Below, piece by piece: positions 40,355-50,013 of a stretch of DNA of 64,000 nucleotides. Every line of letters starts with the position of its first letter. Positions within the stretch are counted from its first letter, which is position 1. Position numbers and translations under genes: made by a program. Below the pieces are notes generated by a model. That model searched no databases and had not been told where the DNA came from. It saw nothing but the letters and a program-made list of their open reading frames with translations. Source of the DNA: an uncultured delta proteobacterium (lineage in GTDB: Bacteria > Myxococcota_A > Polyangia > Polyangiales > JAFGIB01); contig CAVZVA010000009.1 of the NCBI GenBank assembly GCA_963778655.1, forward strand, positions 480,001-544,000, read 5' to 3'.

Positions 40355-41572
40355 TCAGCGCACGTTGACGATGGCGACCGCTGCCGGGTTGCTCAGACCG
40401 GTGATGGGATCGCCCACCGCCTCCAGGCTGCCGTCCGGCGCGACCCGAAACACCGCGAGGCTGCCCGAGTCCTGGTTGGCGACGATCAGCCACTGGCCCG
40501 TGTCGTCGAGCGCGAAGTCGCGTGGCGTCTTGCCCCGCGCGGGCGTGCTCGCGACCCGCTGCGGCGCGCCGTTGCCGCCGATCGCGTACACCGCGATGGT
40601 GTCCTCGCCACGATTGCTCGCGTACAGCGTGCGGCCGCTCGGGTGCACCAGCACGTGCGCGCCCGTGTTGTTGCCGCTGAAGCCCGCCGCCAGCGTCGAG
40701 ACGCTCGTGATTGGCGCGAGCGTGCCGTCACCGCGCAGCGAGTACGCCGAGAGCGTGCTCGACAGCTCGTTGATCACGTACAGCCACTTGCCGTTGGGGT
40801 GAAAGGCCAGATGGCGCGGGCCCGTGCCGTCGGCGTCGATCAGGGCCGGGCCGGCCGGGTTGAGCTCGAGGTCACCGCCGTCCGCGTCGTAGGTGCACTG
40901 GGCGACCGCGTCGAGCCCCTTGTTGGGAATGAACGCGTACTTGCTCGAAGCGTCCACCCGCACCGCGTGGGTCTGCGCTCCCCCTGCAAACGACAGCGTG
41001 TCCACCGCCGCTCCCAGACCGCCTCCGGCTTCGATCGGGAACACCTGCACGCGCGCCCCGTCGTAGCTCGCCGCCAGCACGTGGCGGCCACCCGGATCGA
41101 CGCTGGTGTACACCATGCCGACGTTGTCCCCGGGCTCGTGATCGATCTGCGCGACCTCGCCGGTGTCGAGATTCACCTGACCCACGGTGACGCCGCCGCC
41201 CGCGCCGTCCTGCTCGTTGGCCACGTACAGGAAGCGACCATCGGCGCTCGGGGTGATGTAGGTCGGGTTGTCGCCCAGGTCGACCGGCGCGCCCAGCTCG
41301 CTCAGGGCGCCGCTCTGCCGATCCAGGCGATAGCGCCGCACCGCGTTGGTGTAGCCGCCCACGAACACGAAGCTGCGCAGGATTGCAGCGCCGGCCGGAT
41401 GCGCCGCCGCGTCGAGCCCGCCCGAGCCTGCGCGCGCGGCCGCGTCTTGTCCGCTGGTCGTCGAGCCGCCGGCCGGGTGATCGGCCCCCGCTTGCGACCC
41501 GCCCGCACCGGCGCAGCCCGCAAGCGCGAGCGAGCCCAGAAGCCGGAGGACGAGCGCCGCCGCCTTGCGCAC
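40355..41572 (-). CDS. Lactonase family (6-phosphogluconolactonase-like) beta-propeller lipoprotein
   Basis: Lipobox LAGC; FVGGYT, GPRHLAFHP, YVINEL, YASNRG, PRDF and ANQDS motifs. Confidence 0.9.
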   Translation of the reverse strand: MRKAAALVLRLLGSLALAGCAGAGGSQAGADHPAGGSTTSGQDAAARAGSGGLDAAAHPAGAAILRSFVFVGGYTNAVRRYRLDRQSGALSELGAPVDLGDNPTYITPSADGRFLYVANEQDGAGGGVTVGQVNLDTGEVAQIDHEPGDNVGMVYTSVDPGGRHVLAASYDGARVQVFPIEAGGGLGAAVDTLSFAGGAQTHAVRVDASSKYAFIPNKGLDAVAQCTYDADGGDLELNPAGPALIDADGTGPRHLAFHPNGKWLYVINELSSTLSAYSLRGDGTLAPITSVSTLAAGFSGNNTGAHVLVHPSGRTLYASNRGEDTIAVYAIGGNGAPQRVASTPARGKTPRDFALDDTGQWLIVANQDSGSLAVFRVAPDGSLEAVGDPITGLSNPAAVAIVNVR

Positions 41573-41714
41573 GGCCCGATACTGCGCCGCCCCCGGTCGC
41601 TTCGGCAAGCACGCGCCGCTGGTGAGCCTCACCCGGCGGCGCGGCGCACTAGCCACTAGCGGCCGCGCTTTCCTTCCAGCCGCGACTGCGCCAAGCTCTG
41701 CGCGCAGGGGTGCC

Positions 41715-42446
41715 ATGGAAGACGCGCGCTACGAGCTCTACTACTGGCCGATGATTCAGGGACGTGGCGAGCTGATCCGCCTGCTGCTGGAGGACGCCGA
41801 TCAGTCGTACCTCGACGTCGCGCGCTTGCCGGAAGGCGAGGGTGGCGGCATGGCCGCGCTGCGCCGCGCGCTCGCGGAGACTCCGCTTGCGTTCGCGCCG
41901 CCGATCCTCAAGCACGGGTCGCAGGCCATCTCCCAGACCACCGAGATCTGCGCCTACCTGGCCAAACGCCACGGGCGCATGCCCGCGGGCGACGACGGCG
42001 AGCGCCAGGCCCGCCACCTCGTCGCGACGCTCTACGACTTCATCGTCGAGATCCACAACGTCCATCATCCCGTCGGCACTTCGCTCTACTACGAGGAACA
42101 GAAGCCCGAAGCGTTGCGCGCGGCCGGCGCCTTCTTGGAGCACCGCCTGCCCAAGTTCTTCGGCTTCTTCGAGCGCTGCCTGGCGCAGCAGCGCGGCGCC
42201 CAGCCGTGGCTGCTCGGCGATGCGCTCTGCTACGCGGACCTGTGGTTGTTCCAGACGGTGGAAGGCCTCTGCTACGCGTTCCCCAAGGCGCTGGCGAAAC
42301 GCCTGCCGAGGTACCCGCAGATTGCTCGCGCGCGCGACGCGGTGCGCGCGCGCCCGCGGCTTGCGCGCTATATCGAGTCCGAACGTCGCATTCCGTTCAA
42401 CCGGGACGGCCTGTTCCGGCACTACCCGGAGCTCGACCTCGGCTGA
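41715..42446 (+). CDS. Glutathione S-transferase
   Basis: YELYYWP.IQGRGE.IRL, FAPPILK, ISQT, YADL and RHYPELD motifs. Confidence 0.92.
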   Translation: MEDARYELYYWPMIQGRGELIRLLLEDADQSYLDVARLPEGEGGGMAALRRALAETPLAFAPPILKHGSQAISQTTEICAYLAKRHGRMPAGDDGERQARHLVATLYDFIVEIHNVHHPVGTSLYYEEQKPEALRAAGAFLEHRLPKFFGFFERCLAQQRGAQPWLLGDALCYADLWLFQTVEGLCYAFPKALAKRLPRYPQIARARDAVRARPRLARYIESERRIPFNRDGLFRHYPELDLG

Positions 42447-42477
42447 GCGGGTGTCGCGCCGCGCCGGCGCTGCGCGC

Positions 42478-43980
42478 TCAGGGGTCGCAGTATGCGACGC
42501 GCGCCAGGCTGAGCTCGCGCTTGGCGGCGACCGCGGGGACGTTCTTGGCGTCGAGCGCGAGCGGGGCGGAGTAGTCGCGCGCGGGGTCGGCCACGAACGC
42601 CCAGGCCAGGTCGCCGTCGGGCAGCACCGCGATGTCGTCGGGGCCGTTGGGCACCGCGGGGATGGTCGCGTCGGGAGTCAGGAAGTTGCCGTCCGCGTCG
42701 ATCAGACGCGCGTGGGTACCGGTGTAACGGCCAAAGCAGGTGGTGGGGCTGCACTGCAGGTCTTCGATGCTCTCCCAGGAGACGAAGATGCGGTCGCTGC
42801 CGTAGCGCGCCAGGTGCAGGCTGGTCTCGGCGACGTCGGGGGTCTCCAGCAGCCAGATGCGATCGCCGAGCGGGTGGTAGTCGGCGCCCAGCCGGATCAG
42901 CGCGATGTCGGTCGCCATCTTGGCCGCGCGCGGGCGCCCGCCGCCGCTGCCGCCCGTGCTCACGCCGCGCGAAAGCCAGCCGACCAGATAGCCTCCGTCG
43001 CTCAGCTTCACGACCGAGCCGAATCGACCCGCGCAGTAGCCGGCGGTCGTCATCTCCGGCGCGAGCTGAAGCGCCGGCATGCCCTCGATCACCAGGTCGA
43101 GCCCCGCAAAGGGCTGGCCGTCCGATATGCACAACGAGGTGAACACGTCCGCCTCGGGCAGCAGCCGGATGCCCTCGTTGATGCTGCAGTTCCAGCCCCA
43201 GCCGCCCGGCAAGTACGCGCCGCTGTCATCCGCATAGACCAGCTTGTCGGCGTAGTACGAGGCGTGCGGGTCGCCGGCGCAGCCGTGCACCGCGAAATAC
43301 GCGCCGTACTTGTGGCCGTTCCAGGCGAGCCGCCCCAGCAGCTCGGTGGAGCAGTCGCGCGCGTCGGGGTCCGCGGCCTGGGTGATGCTGGTGGTGCCGG
43401 TCAGCGCTGCCGCGAAGGCCTCGCGGCCACCGCGGTAGCGCACCAGCACGGCGGCCTTGCCCACCACGCCCGGCGCCGCCGCCGGGTCGGAGAGTGGCTC
43501 GCCCGGGTCGTCGCGGCGCGTGAGCAGGGCGAAGCCGTCGGGCTGCGCGACCAGGCCGCCGACGTCGACGCCGTCGACCTGCACGTCGCTGCCGGCTCGC
43601 GCGAGGGACGCGTCGAGCGGGGTCACGTGCACGGCGCCGCCCGCGTTGTCGAGCCAGGCCACCTGCGCGCTGCCGTCCGGCGCGATCGCGAGCGCGATGC
43701 GCTCGTCGCCCGCAAAGCCGTCATAGCCCCAGCGCTTGTAGCGGATGCCGGCGTTCACGCCGACCCGGCTCACCGTGATCCGCTGCGCGAGCGTGCCCGC
43801 ACAGCGGCTGGCCCCGGCGTCCGCGCCGGCATCGCGGCTGGCACCGGCGCCGCCGTCGCGCGCGGCCGGTGGCTCGCGCGCGGTCTGCGCGTAGCGCGTG
43901 CGCGAGCAGGCCGGCGCCGTGGCGGCCAGCGCCGCCAGCAGCGTCCAGCTCGTCACCCGGCATGCGCTTGCACGCGTCAT
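42478..43980 (-). CDS. Hypothetical secreted lipoprotein (last gene of the ECF cassette)
   Basis: Signal peptide ending APAC; beta-rich sequence with several Cys; abuts the upstream gene. Confidence 0.75.
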   Translation of the reverse strand: MTRASACRVTSWTLLAALAATAPACSRTRYAQTAREPPAARDGGAGASRDAGADAGASRCAGTLAQRITVSRVGVNAGIRYKRWGYDGFAGDERIALAIAPDGSAQVAWLDNAGGAVHVTPLDASLARAGSDVQVDGVDVGGLVAQPDGFALLTRRDDPGEPLSDPAAAPGVVGKAAVLVRYRGGREAFAAALTGTTSITQAADPDARDCSTELLGRLAWNGHKYGAYFAVHGCAGDPHASYYADKLVYADDSGAYLPGGWGWNCSINEGIRLLPEADVFTSLCISDGQPFAGLDLVIEGMPALQLAPEMTTAGYCAGRFGSVVKLSDGGYLVGWLSRGVSTGGSGGGRPRAAKMATDIALIRLGADYHPLGDRIWLLETPDVAETSLHLARYGSDRIFVSWESIEDLQCSPTTCFGRYTGTHARLIDADGNFLTPDATIPAVPNGPDDIAVLPDGDLAWAFVADPARDYSAPLALDAKNVPAVAAKRELSLARVAYCDP

Positions 43981-43982
43981 GG

Positions 43983-44999
43983 CTACAACCCGACCGCCAC
44001 GCCGGTGGAGAGCTGCCAGATCGCGAGCGCGAGCCGCGCCTGGTCGCGGCCCACCGCCACGCCCAGCCGCGGCGCCGGCAATAGCGCGCGCAGCGATGCG
44101 CAGAGCGACAGCCGCGTCAGCAGCCGCAGCTCGGCGTGGAGCCCGAGCCCGAGCAGCGCGGCCCACACCTGCCCGCTCTGTGCGATCAGCGGCTGCTCGG
44201 GCTGGCCCTGCGCTTGCAGGAATGCCGCCCCGAACGCGAGCGCGGGCGCGACGCGCAAGCGCCCGGCGCGCAGCACAGGCGCGCGCGCTTCCACGAAGCA
44301 CAGCTCCTCGCGCACCGATGCTCGGCCGCTCGCGGTGTCCAGCTCTTGCCCCAGCAGCGTGCCGTGCGCGAGCAGGCCGAGCTCCAGCGCAGCGAGCGGT
44401 CGGTACGCCACCCCCAGCATGGGCCCGAGTCCCAGCCCGAAGCGGCTGCCGGCGGCGAGCAGCGCCGCCTCCGCGGCCAGCGACCAGCGCGGCTCCGCGG
44501 GCGCGGCCAGCTCGATCGCGGCTTCGGGTGCGGGCTGCGGCTCGGCGCCGACCACGTCCTGGGGCGGCTTGTCGCCGGGCGCCAGCTCCTGCAGGCTGGC
44601 GCGCAGCAGGTCGACCGCGCGCACCGCGATCAGGCTAGCGGCGTCGCGGCTGTGGCTCACGTCCAAGCTGCGCATGCTGACCTTACCGGTGACGCGGTCG
44701 AGCAGCCACACGTCGAGCACGGCAGAGCCGTCGCGCTGGACGAAGGCGATGCTGGCGAATGCGCGCTGCTCGCGCGCGATCGCCTCGAGCGCGGACGCCG
44801 GATTGGGGCCCAGCTCCGCGTCCACCACCACGGTGTCGAAGTGGTGGATGCGCAGCTCGGCCCCGAGCCGATTGAAAGCGTCGGTGAGCTCGGGGTCGCG
44901 CGCCTGGGGCCGCACCAGCACCACCGGTTGTGCCAGTGCCTGGCGCGCGATCGCGCAGCCCAGCAGCACCACGGTCGCGGCGAGCCGCACGCGGCTCAC
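43983..44999 (-). CDS. Hypothetical exported protein with C-terminal beta-barrel-like region
   Basis: Signal peptide ALA-Q; AVRAVDLLRASL motif; amphipathic C-terminal strands. Confidence 0.7.
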   Translation of the reverse strand: MSRVRLAATVVLLGCAIARQALAQPVVLVRPQARDPELTDAFNRLGAELRIHHFDTVVVDAELGPNPASALEAIAREQRAFASIAFVQRDGSAVLDVWLLDRVTGKVSMRSLDVSHSRDAASLIAVRAVDLLRASLQELAPGDKPPQDVVGAEPQPAPEAAIELAAPAEPRWSLAAEAALLAAGSRFGLGLGPMLGVAYRPLAALELGLLAHGTLLGQELDTASGRASVREELCFVEARAPVLRAGRLRVAPALAFGAAFLQAQGQPEQPLIAQSGQVWAALLGLGLHAELRLLTRLSLCASLRALLPAPRLGVAVGRDQARLALAIWQLSTGVAVGL

Positions 45000-45143
45000 C
45001 GCGCTCGCCGGCGGCAATCGCGCCCGCGGGCGCGGCGGGCGCGCGGGCCCCGCCCGCGCGGGGGCGCGGCGGCCACGCCGCAGGAGCGCGGCGCGCGGAC
45101 AGCGCGCGCGATGGGGTCGCCTGGTCGCGGCATGCTCCGCGGC

Positions 45144-46502
45144 TCAGTGTAGACCAAGCAGGTGCCGGGCTGCTTCGGCATGCACGCCTGCGGGATAGCG
45201 CTGCAGATACTGGCGCGCCAGGGGTCGGGCCGCCGCGTTGTCCCCCAGGCTGATTGCGGCGCGCATGCGACCCGCGAGCGAGTCCGCGGCCAGCTCTCCG
45301 TCGGGGGCTTCGTCGAGGTAGACGCGATACCAGCGATCGGCCTCGCGGGGCCGGCCTGCGGATTCCTCGGTGCGGCCGAGCAGAAAGGCCGCGGCCGCGC
45401 TGTGCCGGGTGCCGGCAAAGCGCGCGCGTAGCGCGAGCAAGGCGCGCTCGGCCACCTGCGTGTGATCGGTGTAGCGGGCCGCGTCCGCCAGCGCCCGCGC
45501 GCTCTGCGCGCCGCACGAGGCGAGGCTCTCCTCCACCCCGCGCGCAAGCGCGGCCTCGACCACGGCCTGAAACTCCCCCCGCCGCACCAGCTCCGGCCAC
45601 TGCTCGGGCCCAGCCGGCTTCGCGCTTCGCGCGCGCTCGTCCGCGCCCGCCCGCGCGATCCCGCCGCCCTTGCCCTCCAAGTCCCGCGCGCCCCCACCGG
45701 CAGCGGTAGCCGTGGTCGCAGCCGCAGTCGTGGTTGTGGTCGCAGGTGTGGTCGTGCTCGTGGTCGTAGGCGTCCCGGTGCTCGTCCCCGTCCCCGTCGG
45801 CGTGGTCGTCCCCGACTGCCCGCGCGCCTCCGTCCTGGCGGCCTCGAGCTTGAGCGTCGACTGGCGGACCGACGCACGGAAGCGCTGTCCGGCGCGCACC
45901 GTCAGATGGTCCGGGCCGACCGGGCTCTCGACCTCCACCGAGCCCTCCTGCAGCGTGAGGTCGATCGCTTCGGCCGCCGGATCCCAGCTGATGGTGAAGC
46001 GCGTGCCCGTCACGCGCACCTCGAACGGACCCGCGATCAAGAGCCACTCGGCCCCCGGCCGGTGCACCACGTGCGCAGCGGCAGTGCCGCGCTCGACCAG
46101 CAGGCGCGCGCCGTTGCTGCGCACCGCGTCGATGCGCAGGCGTGCGCTCGGCTGCGCGTCGAATTCCGAGCCGTCGGAGAAGCGCAACGTGGCCGGCGCG
46201 TCGGGCGGCGCGTCGAGGTAGCGCGCGGCGACCTCTCCGCCATCGATCCGGTAACGCAGCGGCTGCTGGCGCAGCACCAGCGCGCTCCACAGGCCGAGCG
46301 CGAGCGCGGCTGCGACCGCGGCGGCACCGATCAGCGCGGGCGCGAGCTTCCCCCGCGCGGCCTCGCGCGCGGGCGGCGTCGCATCGATCACCCGCTGGCG
46401 GCCCGCCGCGTGCAGCGCGGGATCGACCGGTGCGCAGGCCGCCCTGCGCGCCAGCTCGAGCAGCGGCGCCATCCCGTCGGGGTCGTGCTCGCCGTCACGC
46501 AT
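45144..46502 (-). CDS. FecR-domain anti-sigma factor with C-terminal TPR
   Basis: Single TM; AGPFEVRVTGTRF and EGSVEV FecR motifs; Thr-rich linker; ARQYLQRYPAG.H TPR end; overlaps the sigma gene. Confidence 0.88.
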   Translation of the reverse strand: MRDGEHDPDGMAPLLELARRAACAPVDPALHAAGRQRVIDATPPAREAARGKLAPALIGAAAVAAALALGLWSALVLRQQPLRYRIDGGEVAARYLDAPPDAPATLRFSDGSEFDAQPSARLRIDAVRSNGARLLVERGTAAAHVVHRPGAEWLLIAGPFEVRVTGTRFTISWDPAAEAIDLTLQEGSVEVESPVGPDHLTVRAGQRFRASVRQSTLKLEAARTEARGQSGTTTPTGTGTSTGTPTTTSTTTPATTTTTAAATTATAAGGGARDLEGKGGGIARAGADERARSAKPAGPEQWPELVRRGEFQAVVEAALARGVEESLASCGAQSARALADAARYTDHTQVAERALLALRARFAGTRHSAAAAFLLGRTEESAGRPREADRWYRVYLDEAPDGELAADSLAGRMRAAISLGDNAAARPLARQYLQRYPAGVHAEAARHLLGLH

Positions 46503-47136
46503 GGTCGTCGCGCTCCAAAGGGTGCACGTACGCGCTCAGCGCCGGCTCGTCCCGCCGTGCGCGCTCGAGGATTTCGCGGCGCGCGCGCGCGACCTCGCGC
46601 TTGATGGTGGATTCCGAGACCTCGAGGATCCGCGCGCTCTCGGTGACCTCGAAGCCCTGGACGTGACGCAGCACGAAGGCCAGCCGGCGCCGCGGTGGCA
46701 TGCGGTCGAGCACGCGGTAGAGCGCGCGCAGCGCTTCGGCACCCTCGACATCGTCGGCGGCGACGCGGCCTTCGGGCACCTGATCGTCGGGCGCGAGCGT
46801 GACCCAGCGGCGCACCCGGCGGCGGCGCAGCTCGACCAGGATCAGGCGCCTCGCGATCGCGACCAGGTAGGGCCGCAACGCTTCCCCCGAGCGCAGCGCG
46901 CCGGCCCGGCGCACGAACGCGACGAACACCTCCTGCAGCAGATCCTCGATCGCGGCGTCGATCCCGAAGCCGGCGCGCAACACGCTGCGAACCAGCGCGG
47001 AGTAGCGGTCCCAGACCACGCCCACGGCCTGGGCCTGGCCCTGGGCAATGGCGTGCACGAGCTCCGCGTCGCTGAGCCGATCGCGGGGGAACGGGGAGAC
47101 CGAGGTTTTCGCTCGCTTGAGGGGAGAGGGACCCAT
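46495..47136 (-). CDS. ECF RNA polymerase sigma factor
   Basis: EDLLQEVFV region 2; LDRMPPRRRLAFVLRHVQG and SESTIKR region 4. Confidence 0.92.
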   Translation of the reverse strand: MGPSPLKRAKTSVSPFPRDRLSDAELVHAIAQGQAQAVGVVWDRYSALVRSVLRAGFGIDAAIEDLLQEVFVAFVRRAGALRSGEALRPYLVAIARRLILVELRRRRVRRWVTLAPDDQVPEGRVAADDVEGAEALRALYRVLDRMPPRRRLAFVLRHVQGFEVTESARILEVSESTIKREVARARREILERARRDEPALSAYVHPLERDDHA

Positions 47137-47513
47137 CGCGCAATTTGCAGTTGTTCGAGCCGCCCGAGGCGGCTCACAAAAAGGGTAGACCTACATGGGC
47201 GTCGATGGCGCCGAAAGAGCGCGGCGGTCGATTGCGCGGGGGATCGGGTACTAATTTCGGTACTGCCGGTGGCTGCCGGACCAAATGACCGATCGGGATG
47301 GCCGTTCCCGAATCGTGATCGGTCATCTAGGGGGTGTCCCTGATTCCGGTGCCGCAGCGAGCCCAAAAGGCGCGAGCGATATCGGCGCGCACGTAGCGCG
47401 AGCAGCACAGGCGCATTTGAGGTACGGCGCAGGGGAGCTCGAGCCCACCAAGCCAATCCGCGGTACCCGGTGGCCGGCCGGGTCCGAGATGCGGCGGTGG
47501 CGGCGACTCAGAC

Positions 47514-48842
47514 TCAGATGCCGTGCGCGTTGGGATCGGTGAGCGGGCTCGGCGCGTCGGGGTGGAGCACCGCGTGCGAGTCGCTCGCGGCCGCGATGTA
47601 GATCCCGCGGGCCATCAGCGCGCTCTCGGCCTGAGCGCGCTGGCGGTAGATCTCGTAGCGCGCCGCGTGCGCGTCGCGGTCCTCGGGCGCGGCCTGAACG
47701 GCGAGCTCGACCAGCTCGCAGGCCAGGCGCAGCTCGCCGCTCGCCAGCAGCTCGCGTGCGCGCCGTGCCAGCGCCGCCGCGCCGCCGCCCAGCGCCGCGA
47801 GCTCGCGCGCGAGCGCCGCCTGCGACGCGGGCTTGAGCCGCGCGGGATTGCCGTCGTGCCAGCCGCCGTAGAGCCGCCACACGTTGCGCACCACGAACTC
47901 CGGATCGTCGTAGACCGGCTTCAGGTAGGGTTTGTCGAGCAGCGCCTGCTCCACGCGTACTTCGTGCAGGATCGCATCGAGCGTCGCACCCTGGTTCATG
48001 CGCTGCAGGGTGCGCTCGACCAGCTGCTCGAGCGCCTGTGCCACGTCGGAAAGCGCGCGCGCGATGCGCTCGCGGCCGGCGATCGGCAGCCCGTGGGCGG
48101 GCACCAGCAACTCGGGCTGCTGCGCGATCATGCGCCGCAGCGCGCCGGCCCACTCCAGTGGATAGCGTTGCACCTTCTGCGGGTTGCCCGCGTTGGGGAA
48201 GGCCCAGATGAAGAAGTCCCCGCAGCAGATCGCCTTGTGCTGCGGCAGCCATGCCCACAGGTGGTCATCGGTCTCGCCGCGCGCGTGGTACAGCTCGATG
48301 CGCTCGCCGCCCACCTCGATCGCCAGCGCGTCGTCGAGCGTCAGGCTAGGCGCAGGCGTGCCCGAAGGCAGGAAGCTCTCTGGCGCGGCGTCCTGCGTGC
48401 CACCGAACTGGCGCTGGTTGATCAGCAGGTTGTAGCCGTTGGTGCGATCGTAGCGGGCAAAGCGCGCCGCCACATTGCGGTGACCGATCACACGTGGCAA
48501 GGGGTGCCCGCGCTGCGCGCCGTCCGCGAGCAGCGCGACCGCGCCGCCCACGTGGTCGACGTGACCGTGCGTGTAGACCACGCTGTGTACCGGCTGCTCG
48601 CTAAAGCGGCGCAGCGAGCGCACTACCTCGGCGCCCGTGAACTTGCCGCTGGTGTCGAACAGCACCAGGCCCTCGCCGGTCTGCAGGCACACCACGTTGG
48701 AGAACGATTCGATCAGCGACAGCCCGTCTGTTAGCTCGCTGAGTTGTTGCGTGATGCGGAACGGCGACGCCAGCAGCGTCCCCTGATCGATGATCGCGGC
48801 GGATAGCTCGAGGATGTCGGTCACTTCGCGGTCATAGCGCAA
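47514..48842 (-). CDS. Alkyl/aryl sulfatase-like metallo-beta-lactamase fold hydrolase
   Basis: THGHVDHVGG, GETDDH, GDFF, FPNAGNPQK and PAHG motifs; dimerisation region YGGWHDGNP. Confidence 0.9.
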   Translation of the reverse strand: MRYDREVTDILELSAAIIDQGTLLASPFRITQQLSELTDGLSLIESFSNVVCLQTGEGLVLFDTSGKFTGAEVVRSLRRFSEQPVHSVVYTHGHVDHVGGAVALLADGAQRGHPLPRVIGHRNVAARFARYDRTNGYNLLINQRQFGGTQDAAPESFLPSGTPAPSLTLDDALAIEVGGERIELYHARGETDDHLWAWLPQHKAICCGDFFIWAFPNAGNPQKVQRYPLEWAGALRRMIAQQPELLVPAHGLPIAGRERIARALSDVAQALEQLVERTLQRMNQGATLDAILHEVRVEQALLDKPYLKPVYDDPEFVVRNVWRLYGGWHDGNPARLKPASQAALARELAALGGGAAALARRARELLASGELRLACELVELAVQAAPEDRDAHAARYEIYRQRAQAESALMARGIYIAAASDSHAVLHPDAPSPLTDPNAHGI

Positions 48843-49006
48843 ATCACCGGCGCTGCCGAGCGCGCCCGCGGCGCCGGGCGGGTCTCTCCGTCCGCGACCT
48901 GTGCGCGTCCGCCGTGCACTGCCGCCCGCTGCTCGCCCGCGCGCAACGTGGCAGTCGTTGGCAGCGCGGGCTTGCGAGGCTCGCGCCCGTGCGCACGTCT
49001 AACGGG

Positions 49007-49915
49007 ATGAAGGTCGGCATCGTCGGACTGGGCTGGGTCGGCTCGAGCGTCGCGATCTCGACGTTGCAGCTGGGCGTGGCCGGCGAGCTGTTGCTCGCGG
49101 ACCACAAGCCCGGTCTGGCCGAGGGCGAGGCCATGGACCTGGCGCAGGGCGCGTCGTTCTATCCGACGGCGCGGGTGCGTGCTGCGAGCCTGGCCGAGCT
49201 GACGTCGGCGGACGCGGTGGTGATCGCGGCCGGACGGGGGGGTAAACCCGACGAGTCGCGCCTCGAGCTGCTGCGCGACAATGCGGCCACGGTCTCGAGC
49301 GTGGCTCGGTCGCTCGCAGGGCTGCGCGGAATCCTGGTGGTGGTGACCAACCCGGTCGACATCATGACGCAGATCGCGGTCGAAGCGTCCGGCTTGCCGC
49401 CGGGCCGGGTGATCGGCACCGGCACCATGCTGGACACCGCGCGCCTGCGCCAGGTGCTGGCGCGAGAGCTCCGGCTCGAGCCGCGCTCGATCCACGCGCA
49501 GGTGGTCGGAGAGCACGGCGATTCCGAGGTCGTGCTGTGGTCGTCGGCCCAGGTCGGCGGCGTTCCAGTGCGCGATTGGCAGGGCTGGAGCCCGCAGCGC
49601 GAGCGTGCGATCGCCGAGGAAGTACGCCGCGCCGCCTACGAGATCATCGCTCGCAAAGGCGCGACCAACCATGCCATCGGGCTGGTGACTGCAGCCCTGC
49701 TGCGCTGGAGCTTGCGTGGCGAGCGCCGTGTGCTGACGATCTCGCGGCTGCAGGAAGGCGCCTTCGGCTTGCACGGCGTGGCGCTCTCGCTGCCCGCGAT
49801 CGTGGGCGCGCAGGGCGTCGAGCAGGTGCTCGAGCCCAGGCTGAGCGCGGACGAGCGCGAGGCCTTGCTACGCTCCGCCGAGGTGCTGCGACAGGCGCGC
49901 GCGGCCATGGCTTGA
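49007..49915 (+). CDS. NAD-dependent L-lactate/malate dehydrogenase-family protein
   Basis: GLGWVG, GEAMDL, TNPVD, GTGTMLDTAR, GEHGDS and KGATNHAIG motifs. Confidence 0.9.
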   Translation: MKVGIVGLGWVGSSVAISTLQLGVAGELLLADHKPGLAEGEAMDLAQGASFYPTARVRAASLAELTSADAVVIAAGRGGKPDESRLELLRDNAATVSSVARSLAGLRGILVVVTNPVDIMTQIAVEASGLPPGRVIGTGTMLDTARLRQVLARELRLEPRSIHAQVVGEHGDSEVVLWSSAQVGGVPVRDWQGWSPQRERAIAEEVRRAAYEIIARKGATNHAIGLVTAALLRWSLRGERRVLTISRLQEGAFGLHGVALSLPAIVGAQGVEQVLEPRLSADEREALLRSAEVLRQARAAMA

Positions 49916-50013
49916 GCCGTCCCCGTCGCGCTGGCGCGCAGGAGGCGCGCTTGCAAGGCTCGCGCCGGCGCGTACTTGAGGCTCGACGTATTGCCGCTCA
50001 GGGCGCGAGGTGC

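Noticed and set aside
41842..45198. 1118-aa + strand ORF and many other long overlapping ORFs (e.g. 5796-8561, 52729-55293)
   Set aside because: Antisense or off-frame shadows of real genes in high-GC DNA; Arg/Ala/Gly-rich with no motifs.
47327..47343. CTAGGGGGTGTCCC resembling an IS terminal repeat
   Set aside because: No partner end and no transposase in the window.
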